DNA from: Limnochordia bacterium
GTDB lineage: Bacteria > Bacillota > Limnochordia > DTU080
DNA: 64,000 bases
NCBI GenBank assembly: GCA_050951545.1
Contig: JBMNJG010000012.1
Coordinates: 160,001-224,000, forward strand
Direction of reading: 5' to 3'
The translations under genes were made by a program, and so were the position numbers. The notes under the pieces were generated by a model that was not told the DNA's origin, ran no database searches, and worked only from the letters and a program-made list of their open reading frames with translations. Below, piece after piece: positions 19,787-29,813 of this stretch (positions within the stretch are counted from its first letter, which is position 1; the number at the start of each line of letters is the position of its first letter).

Positions 19787-20692
19787 TTAGTAGCGCCTCG
19801 CTTCAAGCGCCTCGACCTCCTCGGCAAATCGTAGATAGCGTTGATAACGTCCCGCGTCTATGGTGCCATTGTCCACCGCTACTTGCACCGCGCATCCGGG
19901 CTCGCCGCGATGAAGGCAGCTCGCGAAGCGACACGCAGAAGAGACCTGAACAAATTCCGGGTAGGTGGTGGGCAATTCTCTCAGGGCCATGTCACCGAAG
20001 TGAAGAGTAGAGAACCCCGGAGTGTCGGCTACCCAGCCGCCTAGCGGCAGTTTCAGGAGCTCTACCTGGCGAGTGGTGTGTCTGCCGCGCACTGCCCGCT
20101 CGCTGATGTCGCCGACGGCAAGGTTGAATTCCGGACAGATGCTGTTGAGTAGCCTGGACTTGCCCACACCCGACGCACCAGCCAGAGTGGCGATGCGGTC
20201 CTTCAGCTTCTGTGACAGCTCATCTACGCCAATGCCCAAGACAGCTGAAGTAACGACATGCGCATAGCCCGCACGCTTGTATGGCTCCAAGAAAGCGGCG
20301 ACAGAGTGCTTGTCGCCTAAGTCAGCCTTGCTGACACAGATCATGCTGGCCAGTCCGGCATAGGCCGCCTGTATTAGGGTCCTGTCGATCATGTCGAGGT
20401 TCGGCGCTGGAGCCGTGATAGACTGCACCACGACACATAAATCCACGTTGGCAATCGCTGGTCTGCGCATCTCGGTGCTTCGCGGCATGACATCGGAGAT
20501 GATCCAGGTGCTGTGCGAGAATTCAATGGTGACTCGATCCCCAGGCAGCACGGGCCCCTGTTGGTCTCGTGCGCCACCAGGTCTGAGCCGCCCGGAAAGA
20601 CGCCCATCAACTGTGCTACCATCGGCCAGAGCGATGCGGTAGAAGCCGCCAACCGTCCGGAGTACTCGGCCAGTGATGGCTGCTCTTGGCAA
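19787..20692 (-). CDS. rsgA: Ribosome small subunit-dependent GTPase A
   Basis: ANVD, GASGVGKS, GRHTT, DTPGF and the CRF..CLH..EPGC zinc motif. Confidence 0.96.
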   Translation of the reverse strand: MPRAAITGRVLRTVGGFYRIALADGSTVDGRLSGRLRPGGARDQQGPVLPGDRVTIEFSHSTWIISDVMPRSTEMRRPAIANVDLCVVVQSITAPAPNLDMIDRTLIQAAYAGLASMICVSKADLGDKHSVAAFLEPYKRAGYAHVVTSAVLGIGVDELSQKLKDRIATLAGASGVGKSRLLNSICPEFNLAVGDISERAVRGRHTTRQVELLKLPLGGWVADTPGFSTLHFGDMALRELPTTYPEFVQVSSACRFASCLHRGEPGCAVQVAVDNGTIDAGRYQRYLRFAEEVEALEARRY

Positions 20693-20792
20693 GAACAGAC
20701 CTCCCTAGAAAATCGTGTTATGCTGTGCGGGCAGTGTAGGCGGCCTCCGATTTTCATCCAGCGATGGTTTCAGCGGCTGCTCCCTTGATCCC

Positions 20793-22724
20793 CTAACGTA
20801 GTGGTAGCTCCCTTACGAGCTTGCCATCCATATACACACGGACGACGGGTTTGTCTCCTCGGGCCTTAACTGGCACTACAAGCGTTGCTCCTCCGCTCGC
20901 AGTCTCGCTGTGGACCTCGCGCGTTCCGAAATCGTCAACGACGATGACAACCACTTCGGTATCCGGTCCTTCTGGGACCAAAATGCTTACGTCTCTATTG
21001 ATTGACGTATCCCTAGGAGTCCCGGGCAAACGTAGGAATCCGCCTGTGAGCAGTCCCTCTTTGTCGGCATAGGCAAAATCTACGCTGGACCCGACTTCAA
21101 CCATCGTTCCGGGTGGAGGATTCTGATCAATGATACTGCCCGGCACGACTCCGGCTGTCGGCTCCTCAGTATAGGTTTTCCCAGTTTTCAGGCCTAAGGA
21201 ACCCAAACGGGATTTCGCCTCATCTGGAGTCAGACCGCGCAGATTAGGTACCTCTATACTCTCTTGCTGTTTCGCTTCCGTTACCACAAGGTCGACAGAA
21301 GCACCTTTCTCCAGGCGACTGCCACCAGCAGGGTTCTGTCGCAGCACAGTGCCGGGAGCGGAGCCTGAGCGCTTCTCCTCCCTGACCGTGCCCGTCATCA
21401 GCCCAGCCTGGACAAGGCGATTCCTGGTTTCGCTCAGTGTGAGGCCAATGACATCTGGCACTGAGACATACTCCAGACCGCGGCTGACGACCACGAACAC
21501 ATTGCGGCCAACGCGCACACGGCGATTCCCAGGAGGATCCTGCGTGATAATGTGATTCACGGGGACACTCGAGCTAAACGACTGCCTTTCTTCGACAAGC
21601 TTGAGCCCTTGCTCGCGCAACAGGGCCTCGGCTTCTTTCACTTCCTTACCGATGACTGAGGGAACGCGCACCTCTTCGGGAAAGAGCAGACTGGGCAGAG
21701 CATTTCCAGCCCATAGCAGACCGCCCAAAAACGAGGCAAGGGCGATGAGCCACAGCCAAGCTTTCATACCTCTCTTGCGTTCCTGTCGATCGCCCTCTGC
21801 GGCAGAGCGGTCTTCCGTTCGCAGTGCTGGTTGCACCGTCGTGGCGGCGAGGGAATCTACCGGAGTCATCGGTTGGGTAATGTCGTCTTCTCCTGCAGTC
21901 GTGCCGTATGTCTCGCCGAGTGCCCGTAGATCACGTAGCATTGCCGTGGCAGACGAATAACGATCAGCTTCGGACTTAGCCATCGCTTTGAGGATGATGC
22001 GCTCAAACTCGGCTGACACTTGGGGGTTGAGTTGCCGCGGCGGCTTGGGTTGCTCTTGCACGTGCATAAGCGCTACGGCTACAGGGCTGTCCCCACTGAA
22101 AGGAACGCTGCCGGTGACCATCTCATAGCAGAGCACACCGAGGGAGTAGATGTCTGAGGCGGTGCCAACGGGCCCCCCTCTGGCCTGCTCAGGTGAGAAA
22201 TAATGCACGGACCCTATGACGGTTCCCGTCTGAGTCAGTGACGACGCCGCTGCTGCTCGAGCGATACCGAAATCGGTAACCTTTACACGTCCGTCGAACG
22301 TGATGAGGATGTTGTGTGGTTTGACATCACGATGCGTAAGGTTGAGGCGATGGGCTGCCTCCAGCGCGCGACAGATCTCGCGCGCGAAAAGGACGGCAGT
22401 GCGGTTGGGCAGGGGGCCTTCCTGACGGATAATCTCCTTCAGATTGCGGCCTTCCACGTATTCCATGACGATGTAGTATATACCGTTTTCCTCGCCAACA
22501 TCATAGATGTTGACCACGTTGGGATGCGACAGACTGGCGGCTGTCTGGGCCTCTCGGCGAAAACGCTCCACAAACTCTAAGTCACTTGCGTACTGAGAGC
22601 GTAGTACTTTGAGGGCCACCATACGTCCCAAGAGAGTATCGCGGGCTCTGTAGACGACTGCCATACCGCCTTCGCCGACCCGCGCCAGAACTTCGTAACG
22701 GTTGGAGAGCACTTGACCGATCAC
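20793..22724 (-). CDS. pknB: PASTA-domain Ser/Thr kinase (PknB/PrkC)
   Basis: GEGGMAVVY, HRDVKPHN, DFGIA, YFSPEQ; one TM helix; three PASTA repeats. Confidence 0.96.
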   Translation of the reverse strand: MIGQVLSNRYEVLARVGEGGMAVVYRARDTLLGRMVALKVLRSQYASDLEFVERFRREAQTAASLSHPNVVNIYDVGEENGIYYIVMEYVEGRNLKEIIRQEGPLPNRTAVLFAREICRALEAAHRLNLTHRDVKPHNILITFDGRVKVTDFGIARAAAASSLTQTGTVIGSVHYFSPEQARGGPVGTASDIYSLGVLCYEMVTGSVPFSGDSPVAVALMHVQEQPKPPRQLNPQVSAEFERIILKAMAKSEADRYSSATAMLRDLRALGETYGTTAGEDDITQPMTPVDSLAATTVQPALRTEDRSAAEGDRQERKRGMKAWLWLIALASFLGGLLWAGNALPSLLFPEEVRVPSVIGKEVKEAEALLREQGLKLVEERQSFSSSVPVNHIITQDPPGNRRVRVGRNVFVVVSRGLEYVSVPDVIGLTLSETRNRLVQAGLMTGTVREEKRSGSAPGTVLRQNPAGGSRLEKGASVDLVVTEAKQQESIEVPNLRGLTPDEAKSRLGSLGLKTGKTYTEEPTAGVVPGSIIDQNPPPGTMVEVGSSVDFAYADKEGLLTGGFLRLPGTPRDTSINRDVSILVPEGPDTEVVVIVVDDFGTREVHSETASGGATLVVPVKARGDKPVVRVYMDGKLVRELPLR

Positions 22725-24145
22725 AGATAGACGGCCTTGCGAGATTGCACGGCCGCTTCCTCCCTTCGCCTACCCACGGGACTACGCACTGTGGCCTCAA
22801 TGACCTGGGCCGCCACAGGAGCCGCTTGCGTACCGCCGCCGCCAGCATTCTCAATTACCACGGCCACAGCCACGACACCTCCACTATACGGTGCAAAACC
22901 GATGAACCAAGCGTGCGCTCTTCCAACTGGGTTATCAGCGGTGCCTGTTTTGCCAGCCACCTCCACGCCTGAGACCGCAGCACGTGTGCCAGTACCACGC
23001 GTGACTACCGCACGCATAGCATCAGCCACGAAGGTGGCTGTCTCTTCAGAAAGAACCCGTTTTCGGGGAACTACAGGTGCCACATCTCTGTTACCAACTG
23101 ACTGGACGAGATAGGGGGTTATAGCATAACCACCATTGCCGATGGTTGCTGCTAATACAGCCATATGCAGCGGCGATACCCAGGCTTCACCTTGGCCAAT
23201 GCTGACCTCAGCCACAACCGAGCGCTGCTGGAGACTGTCCTGACTAGGCAGATGGCTGGCCGCGGCTGGCGTACCGAGCTTTGGTGCATTGAAAAGGCCC
23301 ATCTGCTGCGCGAGCTGCGCAATGGCTCGCCCCCCGGTTTTGAGTCCGATCTGCACAAAGACAACGTTTGAAGAGTACGCTAACGCATCGGTCAGGCCCA
23401 AGCGGCCGCGCTCTTTCTCTTCGTAGTTGCGGATCTCGTAGCCCTCCACAGTGATGCTTTTGCGGTCTTCGAAAACATCCTTAACACTTACCGCCTTTGT
23501 CTCTAGAGCAGCGGCAAGGATCAAGGGTTTCCAGGAAGAACCAGGTGGATAGCGCCCCTGCAGGGCCCTGTTGAACAGCGGACCTCCGGCGCTGCCGGAA
23601 AAAAGGTCTTCACTTATGTTGTTTGGATCGAAAAAGGGCACACTAGCCGCCGCCAGTATGGCTCCGGTGTTGGCATCAAGAGCGACCACTGCGCCTTTCC
23701 TACCAGCCAGTGCCTTCTCGGCGACCTTTTGTACCTGGGTATCAATAGTCGTTGTTAGCTCGAGGCCCTCGCGAGGTGCATTTCGGTAAGTGAACAGACC
23801 GCCCCGCGTCACCGCGCCGCCTCGTAGATCTGCATCAAATGTGCGCTCTAACCCCGACTTTCCAAAGCGAGGATGGAGATAGCCGATCGTCTGCGATAAG
23901 GACAAAGGCCCAAGAAAATGCCTCTTATAGCTATTCCTCTCCCAGACACTTGCGGCCAGGGATTGGCCATGCCGGTCATTTATCCCTCCCCGTGCGACAC
24001 GAGACTCGGCCTCAATGCGACGCGGATTACGGGCATGGGCTTCTAGGGCTGGTCCGCGGACTACTGTCCAGTAACCCACCCACGCCTCTAGGATAAGAAA
24101 AACCGCCATGAAACCGATGAGGACCCTGCGGCTGGCTACCTCCAC
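22721..24145 (-). CDS. Class B penicillin-binding protein (PbpA-like)
   Basis: PGSSWK (SxxK), SSN (SxN) and KTGT motifs; N-terminal TM. Confidence 0.92.
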   Translation of the reverse strand: MEVASRRVLIGFMAVFLILEAWVGYWTVVRGPALEAHARNPRRIEAESRVARGGINDRHGQSLAASVWERNSYKRHFLGPLSLSQTIGYLHPRFGKSGLERTFDADLRGGAVTRGGLFTYRNAPREGLELTTTIDTQVQKVAEKALAGRKGAVVALDANTGAILAAASVPFFDPNNISEDLFSGSAGGPLFNRALQGRYPPGSSWKPLILAAALETKAVSVKDVFEDRKSITVEGYEIRNYEEKERGRLGLTDALAYSSNVVFVQIGLKTGGRAIAQLAQQMGLFNAPKLGTPAAASHLPSQDSLQQRSVVAEVSIGQGEAWVSPLHMAVLAATIGNGGYAITPYLVQSVGNRDVAPVVPRKRVLSEETATFVADAMRAVVTRGTGTRAAVSGVEVAGKTGTADNPVGRAHAWFIGFAPYSGGVVAVAVVIENAGGGGTQAAPVAAQVIEATVRSPVGRRREEAAVQSRKAVYL

Positions 24146-25407
24146 GCGACCACCTCCGCCGGCGTCAGATCCCCATGGCTTGGGGAAGGCGCAGTGATCG
24201 AAAGACTGTGCATAAGACCAAGCTGTGCGAAGCTGGCGATCAGCGAACTACCACCATAGCTGAGAAAAGGAAGGGTAATCCCCGTGACAGGTATCAGTTT
24301 CGTCACGCCACCGATAATGATCACAGCCTGCAACCCCAACAGTACAGAAAGCCCCATGCCAGCCAAGGCAGCTACGTTGTCACCGTGAGCATTAGCCCAC
24401 GTCAGGCCTCTCGCCACCAATATCATGTACATGGCGATGATGAAGGTACCTCCGACCAACCCCATCTCCTCGACGAGGGCGTTGAAGATGAAGTCGTTTG
24501 CCGCAGCCGGAACAACGTAGGGAGAACCAAACCCCAGGCCAGTTCCTGTGATTCCGCCAGCAGCCAGAGCAAAAAGACCTTGGATGATCTGGTATCCTAT
24601 CGTTTCGTAGTACCGCCAGGGGTTCAGCCAGACCAGAAAACGGATGCGTACATGACCGAAAGCCAGGTACGCAGCTAAGCCCCCCGCCATGGCCAGCATT
24701 CCTCCTAACGTCAAATAGACGCATCGTCCGCTCGCCACATAAAGCATGAGTACAAAGACTCCGAAAAGGAGCATAGCTCCGCCGAGGTCACGCTGTACAA
24801 CAAACATTAGCATAGACAAGGCCCACATCAAGAGCAGAGGTCCAAGGTGACGAGCAGCAGGAACACGGATAAACCCAAGGCGACGACCAGGGGCCGCCAG
24901 AAACTCTTTGGACTGTGCCAAGTGACCAGCCAAGGAAATCACCACAAGCAGCTTCGCAATCTCCGATGTTTGCATACTGAACCCTCTGATTCGTAGCCAA
25001 GCCCGGGCGCCTCCCACCTCAGTGCCGAATATGACGGTGATAAGCAAGAGGAAAGCGGCCAACAAGGCCCATACATACTTGAGGTCGGCCATGGCGTTCC
25101 ATCTGCGGAAACGACTGGCGGTACCGTAGACTACCGTACCCAGTACGATCCAAAGGGCTTGCTGCCAGCCCCTGCCTGGGTCAATGCGCCACACCTCTGC
25201 CATGCCAAGCCCGCATAGGGCAGCGATGATGGGCAAGAGGAACGGATCTCCGCGTCGGCCTGCCCAAAAGTATACAAGAACAAATGAGACGACGTAAAGA
25301 CCGATAGCGATGGTTGGTCGGCCCTCCAAGCCATCGGTAGCCAGATGCATAAGCACTTGCGCGAGCGATCCACAAGCTAGGCCCAAGGCGAACAGACCGC
25401 CTCTCAC
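24136..25407 (-). CDS. SEDS family protein (RodA/FtsW)
   Basis: Multi-TM; GARAW, QRDLG, NDFIF..LVEEMG, TGITLPFLSYGGSS. Confidence 0.93.
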   Translation of the reverse strand: MRGGLFALGLACGSLAQVLMHLATDGLEGRPTIAIGLYVVSFVLVYFWAGRRGDPFLLPIIAALCGLGMAEVWRIDPGRGWQQALWIVLGTVVYGTASRFRRWNAMADLKYVWALLAAFLLLITVIFGTEVGGARAWLRIRGFSMQTSEIAKLLVVISLAGHLAQSKEFLAAPGRRLGFIRVPAARHLGPLLLMWALSMLMFVVQRDLGGAMLLFGVFVLMLYVASGRCVYLTLGGMLAMAGGLAAYLAFGHVRIRFLVWLNPWRYYETIGYQIIQGLFALAAGGITGTGLGFGSPYVVPAAANDFIFNALVEEMGLVGGTFIIAMYMILVARGLTWANAHGDNVAALAGMGLSVLLGLQAVIIIGGVTKLIPVTGITLPFLSYGGSSLIASFAQLGLMHSLSITAPSPSHGDLTPAEVVAWR

Positions 25408-26114
25408 TGCAGATCGCCTCCAGTTATGTCGGCCACGATAACAGTGATGTTATCAGGCCCCCCCAATCTGTTCGCCTGATGAATGAGATTGGTGACGGCG
25501 ATTTGTGGCTGTTCCGTTTGCGCCAGAACACGGGCGATGCGCTCTTCCGGCACACATCCGTGCAGGCCATCCGTGCATAGCAGGAGACGGTCACCGATCT
25601 TTAGCTGCAGAACACCTCTGTCGACAGTCACAGCCTCGCCTATGCCCAGCGCGCGGGTAAGGACGTTGCGGTGCGGGTGCGACCGCGCTTCATTCTCGGT
25701 TAGATTGCCACTTCGCTGCAACTCCCCTACGACAGAATGATCGCAGGTCTGCCGTATAAGCGTGCCATTGCGCATCAAATAAAGGCGGCTGTCGCCGACA
25801 TGCGCCCAGAACAGAGACTGCTGCGAAAGATGAGCGGCAGTCAGAGTGGTACCCATGCCCTCATAGGCCTCGTCGGAGAAGGCACGCTGATAGATCCTTC
25901 TGTTGGCTTGCAGTATGCTTGACCACAAGTCTTGTTCAGGATTATCCCACCTTGGCCAACTGGCGAGGGTGCCTACTGCAAGCTGACTGGCCACCTCGCC
26001 GGCAGCGTGCCCCCCCATTCCATCCGCTACTGCCAGAAGAGGAGGCGTGGCATAGTAGGCATCTTCGTTTTTCCCGCGTACCCGACCAGCATGGGTCGCT
26101 GCCCCTACGTGCAC
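25404..26114 (-). CDS. PP2C Ser/Thr phosphatase (Stp/PrpC)
   Basis: NEDAY, VADGMGGHAAGEVAS, HVGDSRLY, CTDGL, GGPDNIT. Confidence 0.95.
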   Translation of the reverse strand: MHVGAATHAGRVRGKNEDAYYATPPLLAVADGMGGHAAGEVASQLAVGTLASWPRWDNPEQDLWSSILQANRRIYQRAFSDEAYEGMGTTLTAAHLSQQSLFWAHVGDSRLYLMRNGTLIRQTCDHSVVGELQRSGNLTENEARSHPHRNVLTRALGIGEAVTVDRGVLQLKIGDRLLLCTDGLHGCVPEERIARVLAQTEQPQIAVTNLIHQANRLGGPDNITVIVADITGGDLQ

Positions 26115-26180
26115 ACTGTACACCCCTTTACACGTCCTCCTGCGCCTCAGCATTGGTACCAACGCTTCTTATTCAGGGCC

Positions 26181-26630
26181 CTACTCTACCGCAAAGCTTG
26201 TCGAACCCACATCTATGATGTCCCCGGGCTCCACTCGCACTGGCGTTCGAATGCGTACGCCATTCACTCGTGTTCCGTTTGTGGTTCCCAGATCCTCTAC
26301 GAGAAGGCCGTGCCTCTGTCGCCGTACGCGGGCGTGGAAAGCAGAGGAAAACGGGTCTTCAAGTCGGATATCATTGCCTGGCGCTCTACCCAGGGAGAGT
26401 TCAACTCTGGACGAGACAATGCCTCCCGCCTCCAAGGGCTGTTCGTCATGTGCACCCTTGACCCAGACGCGGGTATCCCCCTGTAGAAGACGCAGTGTCA
26501 GCCCGTCCTGGCGCTTACCTGCGTCGTGGACAGGCTGCGCCAAGCCTACGGTTGTAGACGAGCGCGAGAGAATCACAGCCAGACGCAGCAGGAAGATGAA
26601 GAGCAGTGCCAGCATTGCGAATCTGCCCAA
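26181..26630 (-). CDS. Membrane-anchored FHA domain protein (FhaB-like)
   Basis: N-terminal TM; GR...S..HA...DLGTTNGT FHA motif; start uncertain. Confidence 0.88.
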   Translation of the reverse strand: MGRFAMLALLFIFLLRLAVILSRSSTTVGLAQPVHDAGKRQDGLTLRLLQGDTRVWVKGAHDEQPLEAGGIVSSRVELSLGRAPGNDIRLEDPFSSAFHARVRRQRHGLLVEDLGTTNGTRVNGVRIRTPVRVEPGDIIDVGSTSFAVE

Positions 26631-26650
26631 CCCATAGAGCCGTTCGATGG

Positions 26651-27436
26651 TTAGTCGCCTCCCGCCGGAGTGATCGTCAGGCGCGTGGTTCCGATCTCTA
26701 TCCGATCTTCGAGCCCCACAGAAGCACGTCGCACGAGCCTGCCGTTTAGTCGAGTGCCGTTGGTACTGTCAGCATCGACGATGATAGGAGTCTCGGTCCC
26801 CATCTCCAACCGGGCATGAAGACGTGATACCTTGGGATCATGCAGCTGAATGTCACAGCCCTGCCGTCTGCCGATAACAGCTGGAAGGCCGACGCTAAAT
26901 GCAGCACCTGCATCGGGTCCCTCCTCCACGGCAACGCGCCAGATCGTCGGCTTGGCAACGAGGCTCTTGTACCCCCTGGTCTTCTCCATTGATACGGGTG
27001 CTGATGCTGGTGACTTGGGCACAAAAGTCCCGGTATCGTCTACTTCATGTGGAGGGGAATCCTCGTCTTCTTCGCCTTCCATGAACTGAACCTGTACCCG
27101 CGCCTGACCACGGTTTAGGCCGCTGTCTGCCTCGAATCCCACAGTAACTGGCCCGGGGAAAGCAAGATTCAGACGCCGGGCAGCTGCCCGGGCGTGATTT
27201 GCCAGATCCTGTTCGAGAGTGTGTGCGAAACTCTGTAACTCGGCTAGGTCGTCTTTGCTGACGTAGATCAAAAAGTCGTTTGGTACATAGGTGCGGTGCA
27301 CACTGATGCGCCGCTGGTCTTCCATGGCACGTACCATAAGACGAGCAATCTCAATAGGCTGCACACATTCACGTGGGCCGAAGAAGCGTTCGATATTGCT
27401 TTCGAGCCATTTCTCCACACGCAAAAGCAGGCTCAA
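26651..27436 (-). CDS. FhaA-like protein (DUF3662 + FHA)
   Basis: VQPIEIARLMVRAMED..YVPNDF N-domain; IGR..SRLHA..STNGT FHA; TTG start overlapping the rlmN stop. Confidence 0.9.
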   Translation of the reverse strand: MSLLLRVEKWLESNIERFFGPRECVQPIEIARLMVRAMEDQRRISVHRTYVPNDFLIYVSKDDLAELQSFAHTLEQDLANHARAAARRLNLAFPGPVTVGFEADSGLNRGQARVQVQFMEGEEDEDSPPHEVDDTGTFVPKSPASAPVSMEKTRGYKSLVAKPTIWRVAVEEGPDAGAAFSVGLPAVIGRRQGCDIQLHDPKVSRLHARLEMGTETPIIVDADSTNGTRLNGRLVRRASVGLEDRIEIGTTRLTITPAGGD

Positions 27437-28506
27437 AAAGCCCTCACCTCGTCCCTTAGGCGCAACTGGCCGCAAGCCGCGTCAATACCAGCGCCCTTTT
27501 CCTTACGCACGCTCACACGCACGCCGTGAGAAGCGACAATACGAGCAAATTCCTCTGTAACCCTGGGGCTAGGCTGCCTGTAGCCTGTTTCCGGAACAGG
27601 GTTGACAGGAATCAGATTGACGTGACACAAAAGTCCTGCCAATAACTCGCCTAAGGCACGCGCTTGGCTGGCGGAGTCGTTCACATCCTGCAAGAGAACA
27701 TACTCAAATGTGACTCGGCGACCCGTGTGCTTGGCATACTCTCTGCAGGTATCTATTAGGCTCGCGATGGGGTAGCTCCTGTTTAGTGGCACTAATCGGC
27801 TTCGCAGTTTGTTATCTGGAGCGTGCAAAGATACGGCAAGATTCACCTGCAGGTTCTCATGCATGAGGCGCCTAATGCCGGGCAAGACGCCAGCCGTGGA
27901 TATGGTGAAGCGGCGGGCACCCATTCGTAGCGCCTGTGGGTGATTCATTATGCGCAGGGCTTTCATGACATGCGCATAGTTGGCTAATGGCTCTCCCATG
28001 CCCATCATAACCACGTTGGTGATCTCCGTGCCCCGTTGCTCCTGAAGGACTAAGAGCTGTCCCACAATCTCATCAGCCGAAAGGTTACGCAGCAGACCCG
28101 AAAGACCCGTCGCGCAGAAGCTACATCCTACAGCGCATCCGACCTGTGAGGAGAGACAGGCTGTTAGGCGCTTCCCTTCTTCGATCACAACGGCTTCAAC
28201 GCGTTGTCCGTCAGCCATCTCGAAGAGGAACTTGCCCGTGTTATCTGTCGCAGACTGCGCTTTGATAATCCGGGGTAGATGGACGCAAAAACGCTGCGCT
28301 AAGGCCTCGCGAAGACCCTTCGGAAGATTCGACATTGGCTCGAATGAGTAGACAGACCTCTTGTAGATCCAGTCCAGGATCTGGTCAGCGCGGTAACGTG
28401 GTTCATCAAGAGCAACGAGTTGATCGGCGATCTCCTTGATCTCCATGCCCAATAGATTGGGCAAAGCGGGATCCACCCCCAAGTCAAATACCTCCTGTTG
28501 AGGCAA
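27433..28506 (-). CDS. rlmN: 23S rRNA m2A2503 radical SAM methyltransferase
   Basis: CLSSQVGCAVGCSFC, MGMGEPL, SLHA, IDAACGQL. Confidence 0.96.
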   Translation of the reverse strand: MPQQEVFDLGVDPALPNLLGMEIKEIADQLVALDEPRYRADQILDWIYKRSVYSFEPMSNLPKGLREALAQRFCVHLPRIIKAQSATDNTGKFLFEMADGQRVEAVVIEEGKRLTACLSSQVGCAVGCSFCATGLSGLLRNLSADEIVGQLLVLQEQRGTEITNVVMMGMGEPLANYAHVMKALRIMNHPQALRMGARRFTISTAGVLPGIRRLMHENLQVNLAVSLHAPDNKLRSRLVPLNRSYPIASLIDTCREYAKHTGRRVTFEYVLLQDVNDSASQARALGELLAGLLCHVNLIPVNPVPETGYRQPSPRVTEEFARIVASHGVRVSVRKEKGAGIDAACGQLRLRDEVRAF

Positions 28507-28663
28507 GGCGCGTCAATACAGATGGCGTCCTGCGGATAGTTCTTCATTCTTCGGCGGTTTCCTTTCTCCGATAATAACCAGGCGAAGGTCGGCATAGGTG
28601 TGCTCTGTTTGTGAAAGACTAGTATCCGCTTTTCGATGGCCAGGGACAAGGAGTGATGTCTCC

Positions 28664-28930
28664 GTGAACAGAGGCCTAAGGGTGCATTTCCTCACAGCTT
28701 ACACTGAGTTTCTGTGGGAACAAGGCATAGAGACTGAAGAGACATATGTGGGAGATGCCAGTCGTTTTTTGCGTTTTCTCGCTGGTCGAGCTACTCCTGA
28801 CGATGTTGCACAGTTTCTTCGAGGCGATGGCAATAGCGCTCACTATGCTCGCCGTCTGCGAAAAACCCTGAGCAAATTCTATGAGTTTGCCGCCGAGCAG
28901 CTCGACATCCGTAACAACCCGCTCTCCTAG
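28664..28930 (+). CDS. Stand-alone tyrosine-recombinase core-binding (SAM-like) domain protein, 88 aa
   Basis: GTG after AAGGAG; TYVGDASRFLRFL...TPDDVAQFL...RRLRKTLSKFYEFA...IRNNP follows the XerC/D N-terminal pattern; no catalytic domain. Confidence 0.65.
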   Translation: MNRGLRVHFLTAYTEFLWEQGIETEETYVGDASRFLRFLAGRATPDDVAQFLRGDGNSAHYARRLRKTLSKFYEFAAEQLDIRNNPLS

Positions 28931-28984
28931 CCGCTGATTCTACTCGGGTGCACACGTTAAATCGCGGCGAACACCCGTTCCTAA

Positions 28985-29185
28985 TCATGCTGCCTCCCGC
29001 CTCTCCCAGAAATCGTCCCACTGTTCACCGTGGGAGTATGCTGCAACGTTTAGCATCTGCTGTGCCCTAAGTTGGCTCCAACGCATTCCAGATTGCTTGT
29101 GGCGCCTAACAACAACCTGCTTACAGGCGCTTTCTACGCATCCGCTACCAATGGGGTAGCCAGCGGCCTCCAGCCTCGGTGCCTC
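28985..29185 (-). pseudogene. C-terminal fragment of an ISLre2/ISKra4-family transposase
   Basis: GYPIGSGCVESACKQVVVRRHKQSGMRWS...WDDFW is the family's C-terminal motif, including the catalytic E; similarity is lost upstream of ~29185. Confidence 0.85.
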
Positions 29186-29505
29186 TTGAGTGCGTGTCAA
29201 CCCACGAGTAAGTCTTACCGAAGACCGTATGGCTCACTCACCAAAGATCTAACCCAACGCTTGTCTAAGTCAGAGCAGGTATAGGCTCACGACTACTGCT
29301 ACGGACTCTCTGGGATGCATCGGTGGCCTCGGCCACCGATGCAGTTGGTGGGCCTTGGCCGATCAGTTGTTCAATCCTGCGGTGCATAGCCAGTGGGTTT
29401 GGCTCACGTTGCCGCCACGATCGCCAGCGGCGGGTGGACGTGGACTACCATTGGCTGCACGGCTGATGTGAGCTCTGACGAAACGGACAAGGTGACCCAG
29501 GGTGA

Positions 29506-29757
29506 CTACTCGTCTTGCTTTCTCTCAGATTGGCTGGCGGTTCCCCAGCCACGTTCATCTATTCTTTGCTGGTACTCACCGCATCTACACTCGAGATAGT
29601 TGATGAGCCTCCGGTTGAAGTCCTGACCGCGCCGGAATGGCAGCCGCCTGCCAATCTTGCGCTTGATGATCTTGCAGGAAAGCTCGTGAGCCTGAATCAC
29701 GATCAGCCGGCTCCATAATCCTTCCACAGACAATAGTTCTTCGCTGACTGCGCGCAC
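29506..29757 (-). pseudogene. Possible degenerate N-terminal fragment of the same transposase
   Basis: YLECRCGEYQQRIDERG resembles the YYxCxCG...LDExLG motif of these transposases; same strand; interrupted by stops. Confidence 0.4.
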
Positions 29758-29813
29758 ATTGCCAGCTAAGACCCGGTGGCCACCGAAAGTGAAATGCGTT
29801 TCCCGTTCGCATC

